A stretch of 64,000 nt of DNA from the human T2T-CHM13v2.0 reference genome, Homo sapiens, in the NCBI RefSeq assembly GCF_009914755.1, contig NC_060943.1. One strand, written 5' to 3'. How positions within the stretch are numbered: the first letter of the stretch is position 1; every line of letters begins with the position of its first letter. A program made the translations under genes and the position numbers. This document shows positions 49,291 to 62,900 of the stretch, piece after piece. The notes beneath the pieces are model-generated. The model did not search any database. It was given only the letters and a program-made list of their open reading frames with translations, and was not told the origin of the DNA.

Positions 49291-50680
49291 AGGGGTCTCC
49301 AGAGTGATGCACCCTGAGGCGGAGAGCGGGCGGAGAGGGGATGGAGCAGGGAGAGGAGCGGGAGGCACAGATGGCAGATGGTCCTGCTGGGCCGCCACTC
49401 TGGAGTCCCCCCAACCACAGGCCACCCTCCCACTACCTTCCCTCCAGGCTGCGTAGAGAAGGGAGCCTCACTTTCCTCTGCCAGGAAGCAGACCTGACCT
49501 TGGGCAGCAACTAGGAGGAAGACCTGCTGAGCTGGGGTGAAGGTTGCCAGGGTCATTCTCCCGTTGGCCAGGAGCTGGGTGTGTTCTGGCTGTAGCTGGA
49601 CTGCTCCCAGCTGGTGGCCACAGGCAGAGGAGTGGGAGTTTCTGAAATGAGTATACGTGTGTGCACACATGTCTACAGCATGTGCTCACCCAGGCACACA
49701 GATACACAGGATGGAGCCGTAGAGACACACCTGCATGCTCACACATGTATGTGTACATATGTCCACTCAGGAGCAAAGGAGTGAATGTGTAGTGGGCCCT
49801 GTGGCCATCCCTGTGTCCCCATCCCTCTTGTCTCCTACTCACTGAGCTGGGAGGAGCTGACCCCAGGGCAGTTTCATCCCGCTGTTTCCAGTAGCCAGGC
49901 CTGCACCACCCCCAGCACAGAGCATCCCCTCAGCCCCAGGCACACTAGGTCAAGAAGTTCTATTGGCTCAGGATCCAGGGGCTTGTTCCCTTGTTGCGGA
50001 TGGGGCTCCCTCCCTTCTACTGGACATAATGAGGATGCCTGTAGCTTGGACTATGTCTGTAGCCATTGAACCATGAAGGGAGCTCTCAGGATAAAACCTG
50101 CCCCAAGGACAGGAGCAGAGCCACTAGCAGAGCCTGGGTCCCCAGTGACACTGTAGAGCCTCGATTTCCCTGATGAGCTGGGTTTTCTGTTTCTCGCTTC
50201 CAAAAACATCCTGGTCTAGGCAGAGTTTGTGTCCAATGCGTGGTCTCACACTGCACGTGGTTGATGGCAACCACTGAACCACGCAAGAGCTGGTTTCCTG
50301 GCAACACCCCAGCCTCCTTCCTGCCCCACTGAGGAGGCTGCCCTGTAGGTCAGGGCTGAGCCTTCCTGGCACAGGGGCTGAAGTCATCAGCCAGGGCTGC
50401 CGTAACAAAGTCCACAGACTGGGGAGCTTGAACAACCATGTTTAGGTGCCATCTGGTCACAGAGCTGTAGGAACCAGCTTCTGACCAGTGAGGCTGTAGC
50501 AGCCTCTCTTCCCAGAGGATTTTTCTCCCTCAGCTGATTTTGCACAAAAGTCCTTGAACCGGGAAGCATTGTTCTCATCCAGGGGTCACGTGCCTTTCCC
50601 TAATCCAGGCTCCCGGGTTGGGGGAGCTCCAGAGTGGCAGCCCAGCAGGACCATCTGCCTTTCCCCAATCCAGGCTCCTC

Positions 50681-50844
50681 CTTAAGCCTCATGTCCATTC
50701 TGGATTTGGCCTGAGGTCCACCCATTGCCTCCTCTTTCATTGTAGGAGGCTGAGGCAGGAGGATCACTTGAGTCCTCTTTCATTATAGAGGGAGCAATGG
50801 GTGGTGGACCTCAGGCCAAATCCAGCATGGACATAAGGCTCAAG
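50681..50844. repeat. Inverted repeat (~55-bp arms) around a 29-bp Alu fragment
   Basis: 50681-50735 is the near reverse complement of 50787-50844. Confidence 0.9.
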
Positions 50845-50983
50845 TAAGTTTTTTTAAATGTGCATTGCTTGCCAATTTCAGAATCAGGAAATTTCAAGTT
50901 AAAAATCCAGTTTCCAAATTGGAAGGTCTAAAGGTCTGCATTGCTACAAGGGTCATCAGATGTGTCATTTAAAAAATAATTTT

Positions 50984-51596
<613 letters not shown>

Positions 51597-53171
51597 AAAT
51601 CCAGGTTTCCAAATAGGAAGATCTGAAGGTCTTGATCTGCTACCAAGGGTCATTGGATGTGTCATTTGAAACATAATTTTTATTATGAAAGTGTCTTGTG
51701 GTTATTATAGGAAATGAGCTGCTTCAAACAGCTGCTCACTAGAGACCAATGACTGACATTTTGAGTCCCACTATAAAAACGCCTGTCTTCATTCCTCTTT
51801 AGAGCAATCACATAAGAAGTCAGGGCTCCAGCAACCCCTTGTGTGATCAGCCGGCAGGGGGGGGCACTGGGGCATGAGTGTGGGGTCTGTGTGGATGCTC
51901 TTTTGCTTTAAGATGCTCCCAGTTAGCCGAGTGCTGCCCACATCCCTGCCCCACCTGCCCCTGCCTGGCAGACAGATGCCACAGAGCCCCACGTACAGGG
52001 ATCATAATGGTTTACACCTCTTCTGCCTGTGTCCTTGAGGTTGAGCGATGAGGGCATGTGAAACCCAGGATGGTAGAAAAGAGGCTGCAGGCTTAGGGAA
52101 AGAAACCAGAGAAACCAGACTCCCTTGGATGTTGTTCAAGATAAGCAAATAATTCAGCAGAGCCATATGGAAAGATGGTGAGACCGGCCGTGGAGGAGCA
52201 GGCACCCTGCAGAGAGGACTGGGACCCAGCAGCCCATTCCACCAGACCCAAGCCTGTTCCTCCACCCCAGGGCAGCATCCCACCACTGCAGGAATCTTCT
52301 CAAATAGCTCCATGGTACCAGTCCACCAGGGGCCTACTTACTGGCTGGGAAAACAGGAGCCCAGATACATAGCATGAGGATGCCCCAAATCTCCCAGTGA
52401 CAACATTGAATGCTGAGTGCTGTCTCCTCTGTGTTACTCTCCCACAGTCCCCTCTGTCAGATAAAAGCCGTTAGTCTCTGGAACACACAGGAGGGTGCCT
52501 CACTTGGCCTGGGGGCCATCAAGGAATGGTGAGAGATGAGACTGGGCACGGGAGGTTGGCAGAGGCAGGATATTCACAGATCTGGTGGACCATGCTGAGA
52601 CATTTTAACTTGGGTCACTGGGCACCTGGGGGGCTTGGGAGTGACCACAGATGTATTGCAGGACAGGTGTTGAGATGGGGAGCTGTCCAGGCTACAGGTG
52701 CTGAATCAGAGCCGCACCGAGGGACTGGGAAAGAAAGACAGGACACATGTTCAGAAGGCCAGATCTGCACTCAGGTGTCAGGAGAGGGAGGAAGTGTTAG
52801 TCTGGACCCACATTTCTGGCTTTCCAACACTCTGTGGGGAAAAAGAAGGGCACCAAGGGGTCACTGGGGTGGAGGAGACTTGGAACACAGGACGTTAGCT
52901 GGAAGGAGATCTGAGGCAGAGACTAATGGAGAAGGGATGTTCCTGTCCCATGCACAGTCACTCATTAGTGCTTCCAGGTCATTTGAAGCCCCAGTCACTT
53001 CCTGGTGGCCTAAATGAGACCTGTTTTTCCACAGAGCATCCAGGATAGGGCCAAGAGACTTTTGTTCTGCCATATTCTTAGTCTTGAGCCTTCACATTGG
53101 GAGAGACCAGCCTGTTTTGAGATGAGCTCCAGGGAAAATCATGCTGGACTGGTAGAGGTCAAGACTGTGAG

Positions 53172-53468
<297 letters not shown>

Positions 53469-54364
53469 TTACCCTTTGGAAGCCAGCCTCCTTCCAAAGG
53501 GTATGGCCATGCTTGTGTGCTGAGTGGACCCACAGAGCACAACCACTGGACTCCACATGACCCCAGCCCGAAGGACCCAGCTGGCTCCAGTGCAGGAGCT
53601 TCCTTTCACCTTCGTTGTCCTTTTACTAGCTTCTCTTCATTCGCCACACATTGCCCAAGCACCTGCTCTGTGCCAGGCACTGTTGGCAGCTGGAAACACA
53701 AAGACAAGTCCTCTGGGGCCTCCTTGTGCCAGCCACAGGGAGAGAGATTCCCTGGAAGGCAGCCAAGGCTTCTTGCCATTCTCTCCTCAGAAGTCTATGG
53801 ACTGCCTTGTGTGTCTGCACCCTGCCAGGGGCCAGGGCATTTCAGGTTTACTCACAGACTCCTCTCTGTCCATATTATACCCCAACTTTCAATTTTGAGA
53901 AGTAAATATGCAATTTTTTCCTCCCTGTAATTTTCCCTGCTGTGGCTGCGGATGTCAGAGCCGCTGGAAAATGTGAATAGCTCAGTGCTTTCTAGAACTG
54001 AAAGGAAGCTGGCCATGCCGCATCCTACATCCCCAGGTGCTCTTGGCAGGATCCAGCAGCTCAGGTGGGGAGAGATGCTCTCCAGGCTGTACTGTCGAGG
54101 GAACTTTTAACCCAAATAATTCATGTTCCCACCTTCTTCCATTAGCAACGAGATAATTGCCAAGAAGTAAGTGTGTATCTGTGTGAGTGTGCACACGCAT
54201 GCGTGTCTGTTGCAGGGACATTAGCAGAGGAGGCGAAGTGAGTGTATTTGCTTATGCAGCCAAACTTTCTGCGTGTTCCTCTGGAGACTGTCAGACCTTC
54301 GTGTCTCAGTAACTGAAGGTCAGGACAGTCTGATCTAAGCTTTTGTTTTGGAAAAGCATGGCTG

Positions 54365-54975
54365 GGGTGGAGAGAGAGAGGATTTGAGTCAGATCTGGGG
54401 TGGCGCTTATTTCTTGTGTGTAACCTTGGCCATATTTAGTCTCTCTGGGTCTTCATTTCATCATCTGCAAAACAGAGTGGTGGGCTTGGAGATCTGCTGC
54501 CCAGATCTTCCTTCCAAGAAGGATTTGCTGACCACCTGGGGACTGTGTGATCAGCAGCCAGCCTCTAGTCCTCAACTCCACGAGGGGCTGCCTCATCTGA
54601 GATCACGCCCTTCTCTGGGCAACCCACATCCAGCTACTGAGTAAGGGGGAGGTGTAAGGGTCCAGCCCTATCTTCCTTCTGCAGGACACTCCGACAGGCT
54701 GAATCCACTCCGGAGCCCACCATCAAGGCCTACATCCCTATTCCACTTCTTCCCACTCCAGCTTCCTCCCTTTTCCCTTTGCAGGTATTGATCCTTAATA
54801 AACATTGTGCACCCCAAACTCCATCTCGGTATCTCCTTACAGAGAACCAAACCTGTGGCAAATAGGGATAATGATTTTTACTTCAAAAGGTTATTGTGTG
54901 AAAGCTAAATGGGATGTTTATGTAGTATCCAACATTGTGCCTGGAACGTTAACAAATAATGATAAATACCTGTTC
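54365..54975 (+). mobile_element. MIR interrupted by an LTR16-like (ERVL) LTR (~54490-54860)
   Basis: MIR core tcatttcatcatctgcaaaa resumes at ~54862; insert ends aataaac...ctccatctc...agagaaccaaacctgtggca. Confidence 0.55.
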
Positions 54976-55584
54976 CTTTTTCTTTTCTTTCCCTCACAAC
55001 TGTGACTCAAAATCCCATTCTGGGCCTCGAGCAGGTGTTCCTAACCTGTGCTCTGTAATATTGGTTTGGAAAAAGCCCAGCAAGGCAAGTGGCCCTGAAA
55101 ATCTGTGCTGCGGCTAAATCTGAGATCCTGGCTGATGGCTTCAGAGCCAATTCTTGTCCCTGTCAAGTTCATTATCCATGGATCACGTCAGCCCTCTTCA
55201 AGGTTCCTCACTGAAAAGAAATTGAGCATGCAAATACTCTTTTATCATAATCACCACGTATCCACAGGGTAATTCATAAAAGAGCTGGAAATATGTTGAA
55301 ATTCAATATTGTTTTAGTCCAAATCGATATTAATAATTGTTTGCATTTTTAAAGTGCAATTTGCAATTGAAAAGTGCACAAAGATCAACCAGTAGTTGCT
55401 AACACATCAAATTTTCCTATTAAAGGCACAGTCCCTTAACTTTAAAATGTTTCTTATACAACAGGGGCTGGAGCTGATCCATGGAAATGACTATCTCTTA
55501 TTTACGTGCACAACATTAGAATTGGCTTCCATTCTGCATGAGCTGAAAGGCCAGTCACTTTTATTTGTAAGTTTTGATTTCTTT

Positions 55585-55790
55585 AATTAAATTTTTAATT
55601 TTGAGATAATAATATATTCATATACAGTTGTAAGAAATAATGCAGAGAAATCCCATATATCCCTTACACACTTTCCCCAATTGTAACGGTTTGCAAAACC
55701 GTAGAACAGTATTAAAACCAGGATATTGACATTGATACGGTCGAGATAGAGAACATTTCCTTCCCCACAAGGATCCTCGTGTTGCTTTCT
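55585..55790 (-). mobile_element. L1MC-type 3' end
   Basis: ttttaattttgagataat...cagttgtaagaaataatgcagagaaatccc...accaggatattgacattgatac. Confidence 0.75.
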
Positions 55791-56359
55791 TCAGATCTTT
55801 AAAAATTAAAGATTTTTGAAGGAAAAAGGACCCTGTTAGATTTCTGCCTTGAAACGATAGCTATCACTAAATGAGGCACTGTCCCAGCTGGGCTCAGTGG
55901 AGTTCACACAGAGGAATGGTCCCCTAGGTCAGGAGTAGCCCAGGTGGAACTCACCTCAGCCAGGGAGGCCTCAGGGGAGCACAGCTTTGCACATCAGAAA
56001 GAACCTGAGAACAGTTTTCAGTTTGACACTTGCAGTGTGGCCTTTGATCCCTCAAACAAGGACAGGGTTGTCAAGAAGGGAAACAGCTTGGCTGGGCTCA
56101 TGTGGGCCACAGGGGCCCAGTTATCCCAGGAACAGGGATAACTGTTCCTTCCTAGAGTGTAGAACTCTGGGGCACAGCCCTGGCAGCCTCCCTGAGGACA
56201 TGTCATGGGACCAACCCAGTTCCCTGGTGAGGGACAGGCGGCAGGTGTGGGTGAGGGGTGCCCTTGACTGAAGCCTACCTGGCATGCTTGAAAGTAACCC
56301 TATGCAAATGAAATTCACAAGGTGCCTCCCTGTTTCAAGACATTTGTCTCACACCAGAG

Positions 56360-56520
56360 CTGCAGGGAACTTGGGAACTCATCTACAGCAGGTATTTTGG
56401 ATGAGGACTGATTCTGAGATAGGGAAACTCAAGTCCTGAAGATCAGACTTAAGTGGAGGGGAAGTCAGGCCAGAGAACCTGGGGTGCCCTGCTCTGAGCC
56501 TGATGGCTACCCTGTGACAT
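56360..56520 (-). mobile_element. MIR fragment
   Basis: attttggatgaggactgattctgagatagggaaact. Confidence 0.45.
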
Positions 56521-56567
56521 CCAGATGCCTTGTTCAAGCTGCTTCCACTGAGGGTTTTGGGTTTTGC

Positions 56568-56850
56568 TTTTTTTTTTTTTTTAACGGAGTTTCGCTCTTG
56601 TCACCCAGGCTGGAGTGCAATGTCATGACCTCGCCTCACTGCAATCTCCACCTCCCATTCTCCTGCCTCAGCCTCCCGAGTAGCTGGGATTACAGGTGGC
56701 TGCCACCATGCCTGGCTAATTTTTGTATTTTTAGTAGAGACGGGTTTCACTGTGTTGGCCAGGCTTGTCTTGAACTCCTGACCTCAGGTGATCCACCCGC
56801 CTTGGCCTCCCAAAAGTGCTGGGATTATAGGCGTGAGCCACCGTGCCTGG
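56568..56850 (-). mobile_element. Alu (AluSq-like)
   Basis: ggagtttcgctcttgtcaccc diagnostic. Confidence 0.9.
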
Positions 56851-56885
56851 TGTGTGTGTGTGTGTGTTGTGGTTTTTGTTGTTGT

Positions 56886-57124
<239 letters not shown>

Positions 57125-57432
57125 TAATCATTTTTAAGTGTACAGTCCAGTGGCATTAATTACATTCACATTGTTGGGCAACCATCACCACTATCCATCT
57201 CCAGAACCTTTTCATCATCCCAAACAGAGACTCTGTACCCATTAAACAACTCCCTGTTCCTCCTTCCAGTCCCTGGTAACCTGCATTCTACTTTCTGTCT
57301 CTATGAATTGGACTACTCCTGGTACTTCACACAAGTGGAATTATACAGTATTTGTCCGTTTGTGTCTGGCTTGCTTCACTTAACATGATGGCTTCAAGAG
57401 TCACCCATGTTGTAGCATGTGTTGCTATCATT
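57125..57432 (-). mobile_element. L1MB-type 3' end
   Basis: ttttaagtgtacagtccagtggcatt...ccatctccagaaccttttcatcatccc...ctttctgtctctatgaatt. Confidence 0.85.
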
Positions 57433-57511
57433 GACTTTTTGATTGACACATGCAAGCTGTAATTTTTTGGGGGGGTTCCTAGCATCACAATATATTTTAA
57501 AGGTTTGGGGA

Positions 57512-57936
57512 TGCATTAGTCCACTTTTGTGTTGCTGTAAAGAAATACTTGAGGTTGAGTAATTTATAAGGAAAAGAGGTTTAATTCGCTTGTGGTTCTG
57601 CAGGCTGTACAGGAAGCATGGTGTTGGCATCTGCTCGGCTTCTGGGGAGGGCTTCAGGAAGCTCACAATCATGGCAGAAGGCAAAGTGGGAGGAGGCCGG
57701 TCACATGGCAAGAGAAACAGTGAGAGAGAGATGAGTGGGGAGGTCCTAGACTCTTTTAAACAGTCAGATTTCACATGAACTGAATGAGAACCAACTCATC
57801 ACCAAGGGGATGGCACCATGCCATTCATGAGGGATCCACCCTGTGATTCAGTCCCCTCCAACCAGACCCCACCTCCAACACTGGAAATCACATTTCACCA
57901 TGAGATTTGGAGGGGACACATATCCAAACCATGTCA
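57512..57936 (-). mobile_element. MSTA/MSTB (ERVL-MaLR) solo LTR, complete
   Basis: tgcattagtcc...taatttataaggaaaagaggtttaatt...tccaaaccatgtca; perfect 5-bp TSD GGGGA. Confidence 0.92.
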
Positions 57937-58344
57937 GGGGACAATCAGTCAATTTTGTGGCATCTCAATGGTGTGTGTCTTTTGTGTAAACATTGCACCT
58001 GTTAATGTGTATGTATATGTAGAGGGAGAATCAACATTTGTCTTTAAAAGTGTATTTGTCTTCAAGCTCTGTGATCTGAAATCTGTCATACTGACATGAG
58101 GAGGCAAAAGTGAGGTCCTGGTGGCGAGCGGGCCTCGGGTATTTCAAGCTTTAAGGCTCCACTGGGCTCCCTGGGGGCCGTTTCTTCCTTGCTTCTTCCT
58201 TGCCTCCTGTCATAGGATTGGGCTACTCTTTGGACCTGATTCCAAGGCAGCTCTGAGGAAAACAAACCCTCAGCTCCCTGAAACATAGATGACCTTTTTA
58301 AAATTCCAGGTTCATGGAGTGCCTCTCTCCAGATGGCCCCAAAC

Positions 58345-58450
58345 ACTTCCATCTATTAACTCGTGCTCATTCAACGTGCAGCAGAGGCTATTGATCACCT
58401 TCCCTGTGCCGGGGACTGTGCTAGGTGCTGGGAATACAAAGATGGGGAGA
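58345..58450 (-). mobile_element. L2 3' terminal fragment
   Basis: ctcattcaac...tattgatcaccttccctgtgccggggactgtgctaggtgctgggaatacaaagatg. Confidence 0.6.
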
Positions 58451-58899
58451 GGCCTCGATGCGATTCCCGATTCAGAGGCAGGTGGCAAATGCTTTTCCCA
58501 CAGTGAGGGAAGGGCTGTCACCGCGATGGTGCTCTCAGGGAACCAAGGTTCACACATTCAGGGAATTCGGGGCACTGAGTCAGCATTCTAGACTCTGCCA
58601 GGATGAGGAGGAGCAGGGGACTCAGTTTCTTTACATGCAGAATGACTGTCCCCTGCCCTGCCCCACTGGCATAAAATGTCCTCAACATGTAAGAAGCCCT
58701 GGGCAGAGATAGTGTCCAGGGTGTGGTCAGTTGACGTGGCCTGTCAGTCTTTGGCCACGCTCTCAGGCCCCCCTCGCTGTGGCTGTGTGTTTGCAGGCGC
58801 CCCTCAGACTCCAACTGGAATGTGTCCGTGATGGTGGGAGGCCGGGCTGTGGTGCTCCTAGTAGGGCTATGGTGGCAAGCTTTAGGACCTTGTGAGCCT

Positions 58900-59900
58900 G
58901 ATTCACCCGGTAATCTCCACCTCGGAACGCCCTTTCTCCCCGCTGCAGAGCATGGGGCTGGGGGGGAGTGGAGAGAACCCTGCCTTGTAACAGGGCAGCG
59001 GACAGCAGGTAAATTGCCTTCCCCGGGAGTAGCGTGCCGCCCGGCAGGGGCCTGGGTGTGCCAAGGCCCGGCTCTGGGGATTTCAGGACCCAGGCCAGCG
59101 CTCCCCAGCAGCAGGGCAGGAGGCAGCCTGAGAGTCGGCAGCCCCGCCTTGGAGTCTGAGCACTCGCGCCCATCCGTCAACCTTGCAGAGCATTGCAACT
59201 TTATGCCTACGCATAAAAACTGGAGGGACTCGTCCCAGAGTTTGCTGCCGCCGCCGCCGCTGCCATTAGAGCGGTTTTAATTAGCTGCAGGATTTTTAAT
59301 GAGCTGAAATCAAGAAGAGCCCCATCTCAGAAGTAAGCGAGAGCCGCGCGCAGGGAAGAACTAGTCTGACAAAACAGAAGGAGGTGGTGCTCTCGGGGGA
59401 CTGGGCTGTAGGCTCCCACCGATCGATCGGCGACGAGCAGATGAGTTCCCGAGGCCAGGAGGCTGAGGAGGGAAGCCAGGGCTCAGAGACCAGCGCCCGG
59501 TGCAGAGTCCCCGCTGCTGCCACCGCGGCAGAAGGCACGGTGCCGGATTCAAGGTGACGGCAGTGCCTGGCTCCATTCTCCTCAAGTTGCCATAGCAGCC
59601 TCTCTCCCAACAAGCAGCTTCTCCGGGAGCCCTCAGCCGGGAGGGACGTCATTGTTCTCTCCTGCCCGTGTGGTGCAAGGAGACCCACCGGACAGAGAAC
59701 TTTCCCGAGCCCGGGGTCCGCTGACCACGTGGGTGCACCCATGCTGCCTGGAGCCAGGCACAGGGACAGGTCCCCACGGCCACAGGGAATCCTCTGGGCA
59801 GCTGAGGGGAGCGTCCAGGCCCAGAAGCAGCTGCAGCCAAGCGTGTCCTTGGAGCCGTCCATGCGTCTGTCCGCCTGCTGCCGGTCGCCACTGGAGGTGC
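58900..59900. promoter_or_regulatory. CpG-island-like region with no evident gene (orphan island or enhancer)
   Basis: High GC and visibly dense CpG (gccgccgccgccg, gccgcgcgc, ccgatcgatcggcgacg); not repeat-derived; RFX X-box-like site at 59586. Confidence 0.65.
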
Positions 59901-62900
59901 GTGTGTTTTGGCTGAATTCCCAAGTCCTTGCTTGTGCCCTGAAGTGAATTTCTTCAAAGAGACACATTTTTAAATCAAATAAATAAGGAAATGGGAGGAA
60001 TCCTTCGCCCTGCCCTGTGTCCCAGGAGGGGTTTATAAGATTAATTGGATCTTTTTTTTTTTTTTTCTTAAAGTAAAAATTGGTGACGCCATTCAGGCCT
60101 GGGGGAGAAAAGCCACCAGGAGGACTAGGAATTGTGAGGCCAGGCAGGAGCTGCTGGAAACTCGCTGGGGCTGTTTATTTTTCTTGCCTGAACCCTCCCT
60201 CTTCTCTGCCCCTGGAAGGCTGGATTTTCTTATTGTCTGTTGGTCTTGGGATGGGTGTAAGCAGGTGAAGGCAGGTTTTGCCCTTGTCATCGGAGCTGAG
60301 AGTGATATAGTCTGTGATGAGGATGGGACAGTCCCAGGTGGAGGCTGAGGCCTGTGACTGTGTTTATGCCTCATCCCCCAGCCTTCCAGGCCCCAGCCTG
60401 TGACAGATGGTGGTGTCCACTCCCCAGGCAGCAGCTGGACTCCCAGGAGAGGGAGACAGACAGCTCTTAGACCAGCAGCTCCTGTTGCCTTGAAAACAAC
60501 GTGCGACTTGGAAGCCTGGGGTCCTCCGAGGAACAATAGAGGATTCTACACCCCCTGGAATGCCCGGGGATCTGTCGGTGACCACCCTCCCTTCCCACAC
60601 CTTAGGGGAAAGGAGTGTTCTATAGAGTCCAGTTGGCCAGCCATACTGCTGGCCAGTTACCCAGGAGGGGAGGCACGCTGACCTTTTGATTCCTGTTTGC
60701 ACGGAGCAGGGAGTTAGCTGGTCAGATGGTCCCCAGTGAGAACAAACACAGAGCTGAGGGTCCCAGAGGGAAAAGCTGGGGTCTGAGGCTTAGGGGCTAA
60801 ACCCTGAAGCCACAGACGGCTCCAATGCCAGCTTCCCTGGGTATAGAGAGAGGGTGTTCGTGTTCTCTCGGGGGCCAGCAAAGGCAGGGTCTTTGAAAGG
60901 GGAAACGTGAACAGATGAAGCTCCACCACCATGGAGGTGTGGTCCTGGGTCTGTGTCTTCTTCCCCTTCCTGGATTTGGGGGCATGGATCTGGTCCTTGC
61001 CCTGGCTCCCAGGCACATGGGTGGCTGGAGCCAGGCATCATGGGGTGGGTTTGGTTTGGGGCGGTTCAGAAACAAGTGAGGACAGGTCTTCGCTGCAGAC
61101 CCATTTAGTCCTTGACAGTGGATGTCGGTACTGGCTCGAATGGAGACAGACTGGGGAGAAGAGAGGACCGGCCAGCTCTCTTGTAACCACTCTGCAGCGC
61201 CAGCTACTGAACAAATGAGATGATGATCACACATGCTCCCGAGTCCCCTTTGTTCATCAGGTAGAGCCTGATATTGAGGGACCCATTATTAGCTGTTTTA
61301 CCAGGCAGTTCTGGGCGCTAGCCATGAAGCTGTTCTCCTTCCTCTCTCCCTCCTTCCAAAATGTCTTGATGTTGGAGGCTACCCTAGGTCAAACTGGCTT
61401 CCCGGTGTCTGACTCAGGAGGCTGCAGGAAGCGCACCCACACCGTGGCCAGCTTACTCAGGGGCTCGCGACAGTTGCTTTCCAGCTGGGGCCTTGCTGGG
61501 GACCATCGATGGTATGTGTGCAGGCACTGGCCGGCATGCACCCGGGCATGTATGCATATGTGTGTTATTGAACCCGCGTCTGCTTAGGTCCGTGGGTGCG
61601 GTGCACATGTGAACACCGTCCCCATGACCGTGCAATAGCAGCTGCTCCCGAGAGACCTTGCAGGTTCTTCCTGGTCCCCATCTGAGAGCCATGGCCCCCC
61701 TGTGTCGGTGCGTGACATCTTTTCCATTCTTCTAACTCCTTTCTATGACTGCCTGGGGCTCCCCCGAGTGAGGCTGGAGAGAACAGCTTTGCCTGCCTTG
61801 TCAGCTGCTCACTCTCTCCTGAGGCTTTGGGGCTGGCCCCGGTGGGGCTGGGACTCTGCAGTGCAGTGCTGTCCTCACAGAGGGAAGGGCTTGGGGGACG
61901 GTAGGGCATCGCAGCCTGCTGTGGGGCTTACAGTGCTGCATCTGTGTCTTTGCAAGGCAGTGAACCCCAGGTCCTCAGGATGGCCTCATCCAGGGCAGCC
62001 ATGGAGAGAGAGGCCCCAGCCCCGCACAAGGGGCTTTGAGTCTGAGCCCTTGGGGACACATGAGTGTCCATTTCTACTCTTTGCAGGCAAGGCAGGGGTG
62101 GCCTCGGTGGATGACAGGAAGCAGCAGTTTGTCTTTAGGGCAGAGGCCATTGCAGTGAGGTCGGAGCCAGCCTGACACCCCGGAGCCAGCTCCAGAGACA
62201 AAACAGGCCCAGCTCAGTGATTCTGTAAAAAGCTGGAAGGCCGCAGGAACCAACTGCTCGGCACAGTCCAGAGAGCCCAGCGTCAGGTGCCTTCCCGGTG
62301 CGGAGAGGCCTGGGGCGGGTTAATTAAAGTTAACTGAGTGAAAAAATAATTATAGAAACTGCAGAGGGGAGAAACCCAAACCTGCAATTTACCCTCCCTA
62401 GCCCTTGAGCTTTTCAGAACCATCTGGTCGTGGGGAGTCGTGGGCAGGGGAGCAGGGAGAGTGCCTCTTCCCATCTCTCATGCTCCATGGACTGGGTGTG
62501 GGGGCTTCTTTCCCCAGTGCCTGGGTCCGTGTTGGGGAGGAGTCACCCGGCTGAAGTATTGTCCCTGGGCAGGGAGATGTCCTTGGGCCGAGCAGCATAT
62601 TTGACCTGGGGCTTAAACAGCCACCCAGCTGTGGCCTCAGAGGCTACTGGGAGCTGCCTACCTGGCCTCACCTCCCTCAGGCACTGACCTGTGCCAGGGT
62701 GGGGATGTTCCCTCCAGCGCTCTTGGGTGGAAAAAGGGTGATCCTCTCGGCCTAGCCAGCAAGGCCCGCTGGAAAGTAAGGGGACAGAGTGACTGACCTT
62801 CAAAGCGGGGTTGGGGGGTCCCTAGAGTGCCTGCCGCCTGTGGCTCTCTCCCCCTGTACTCTGCCCATGCCCTCTCTACACACCACTGCAGGAACTTATA

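Noticed and set aside
58518-59967. 226-aa and 223-aa minus-strand ORFs over the CpG island
   Set aside because: Stop-codon depletion in GC-rich DNA; overlapping ORFs in several frames; no recognisable homology.
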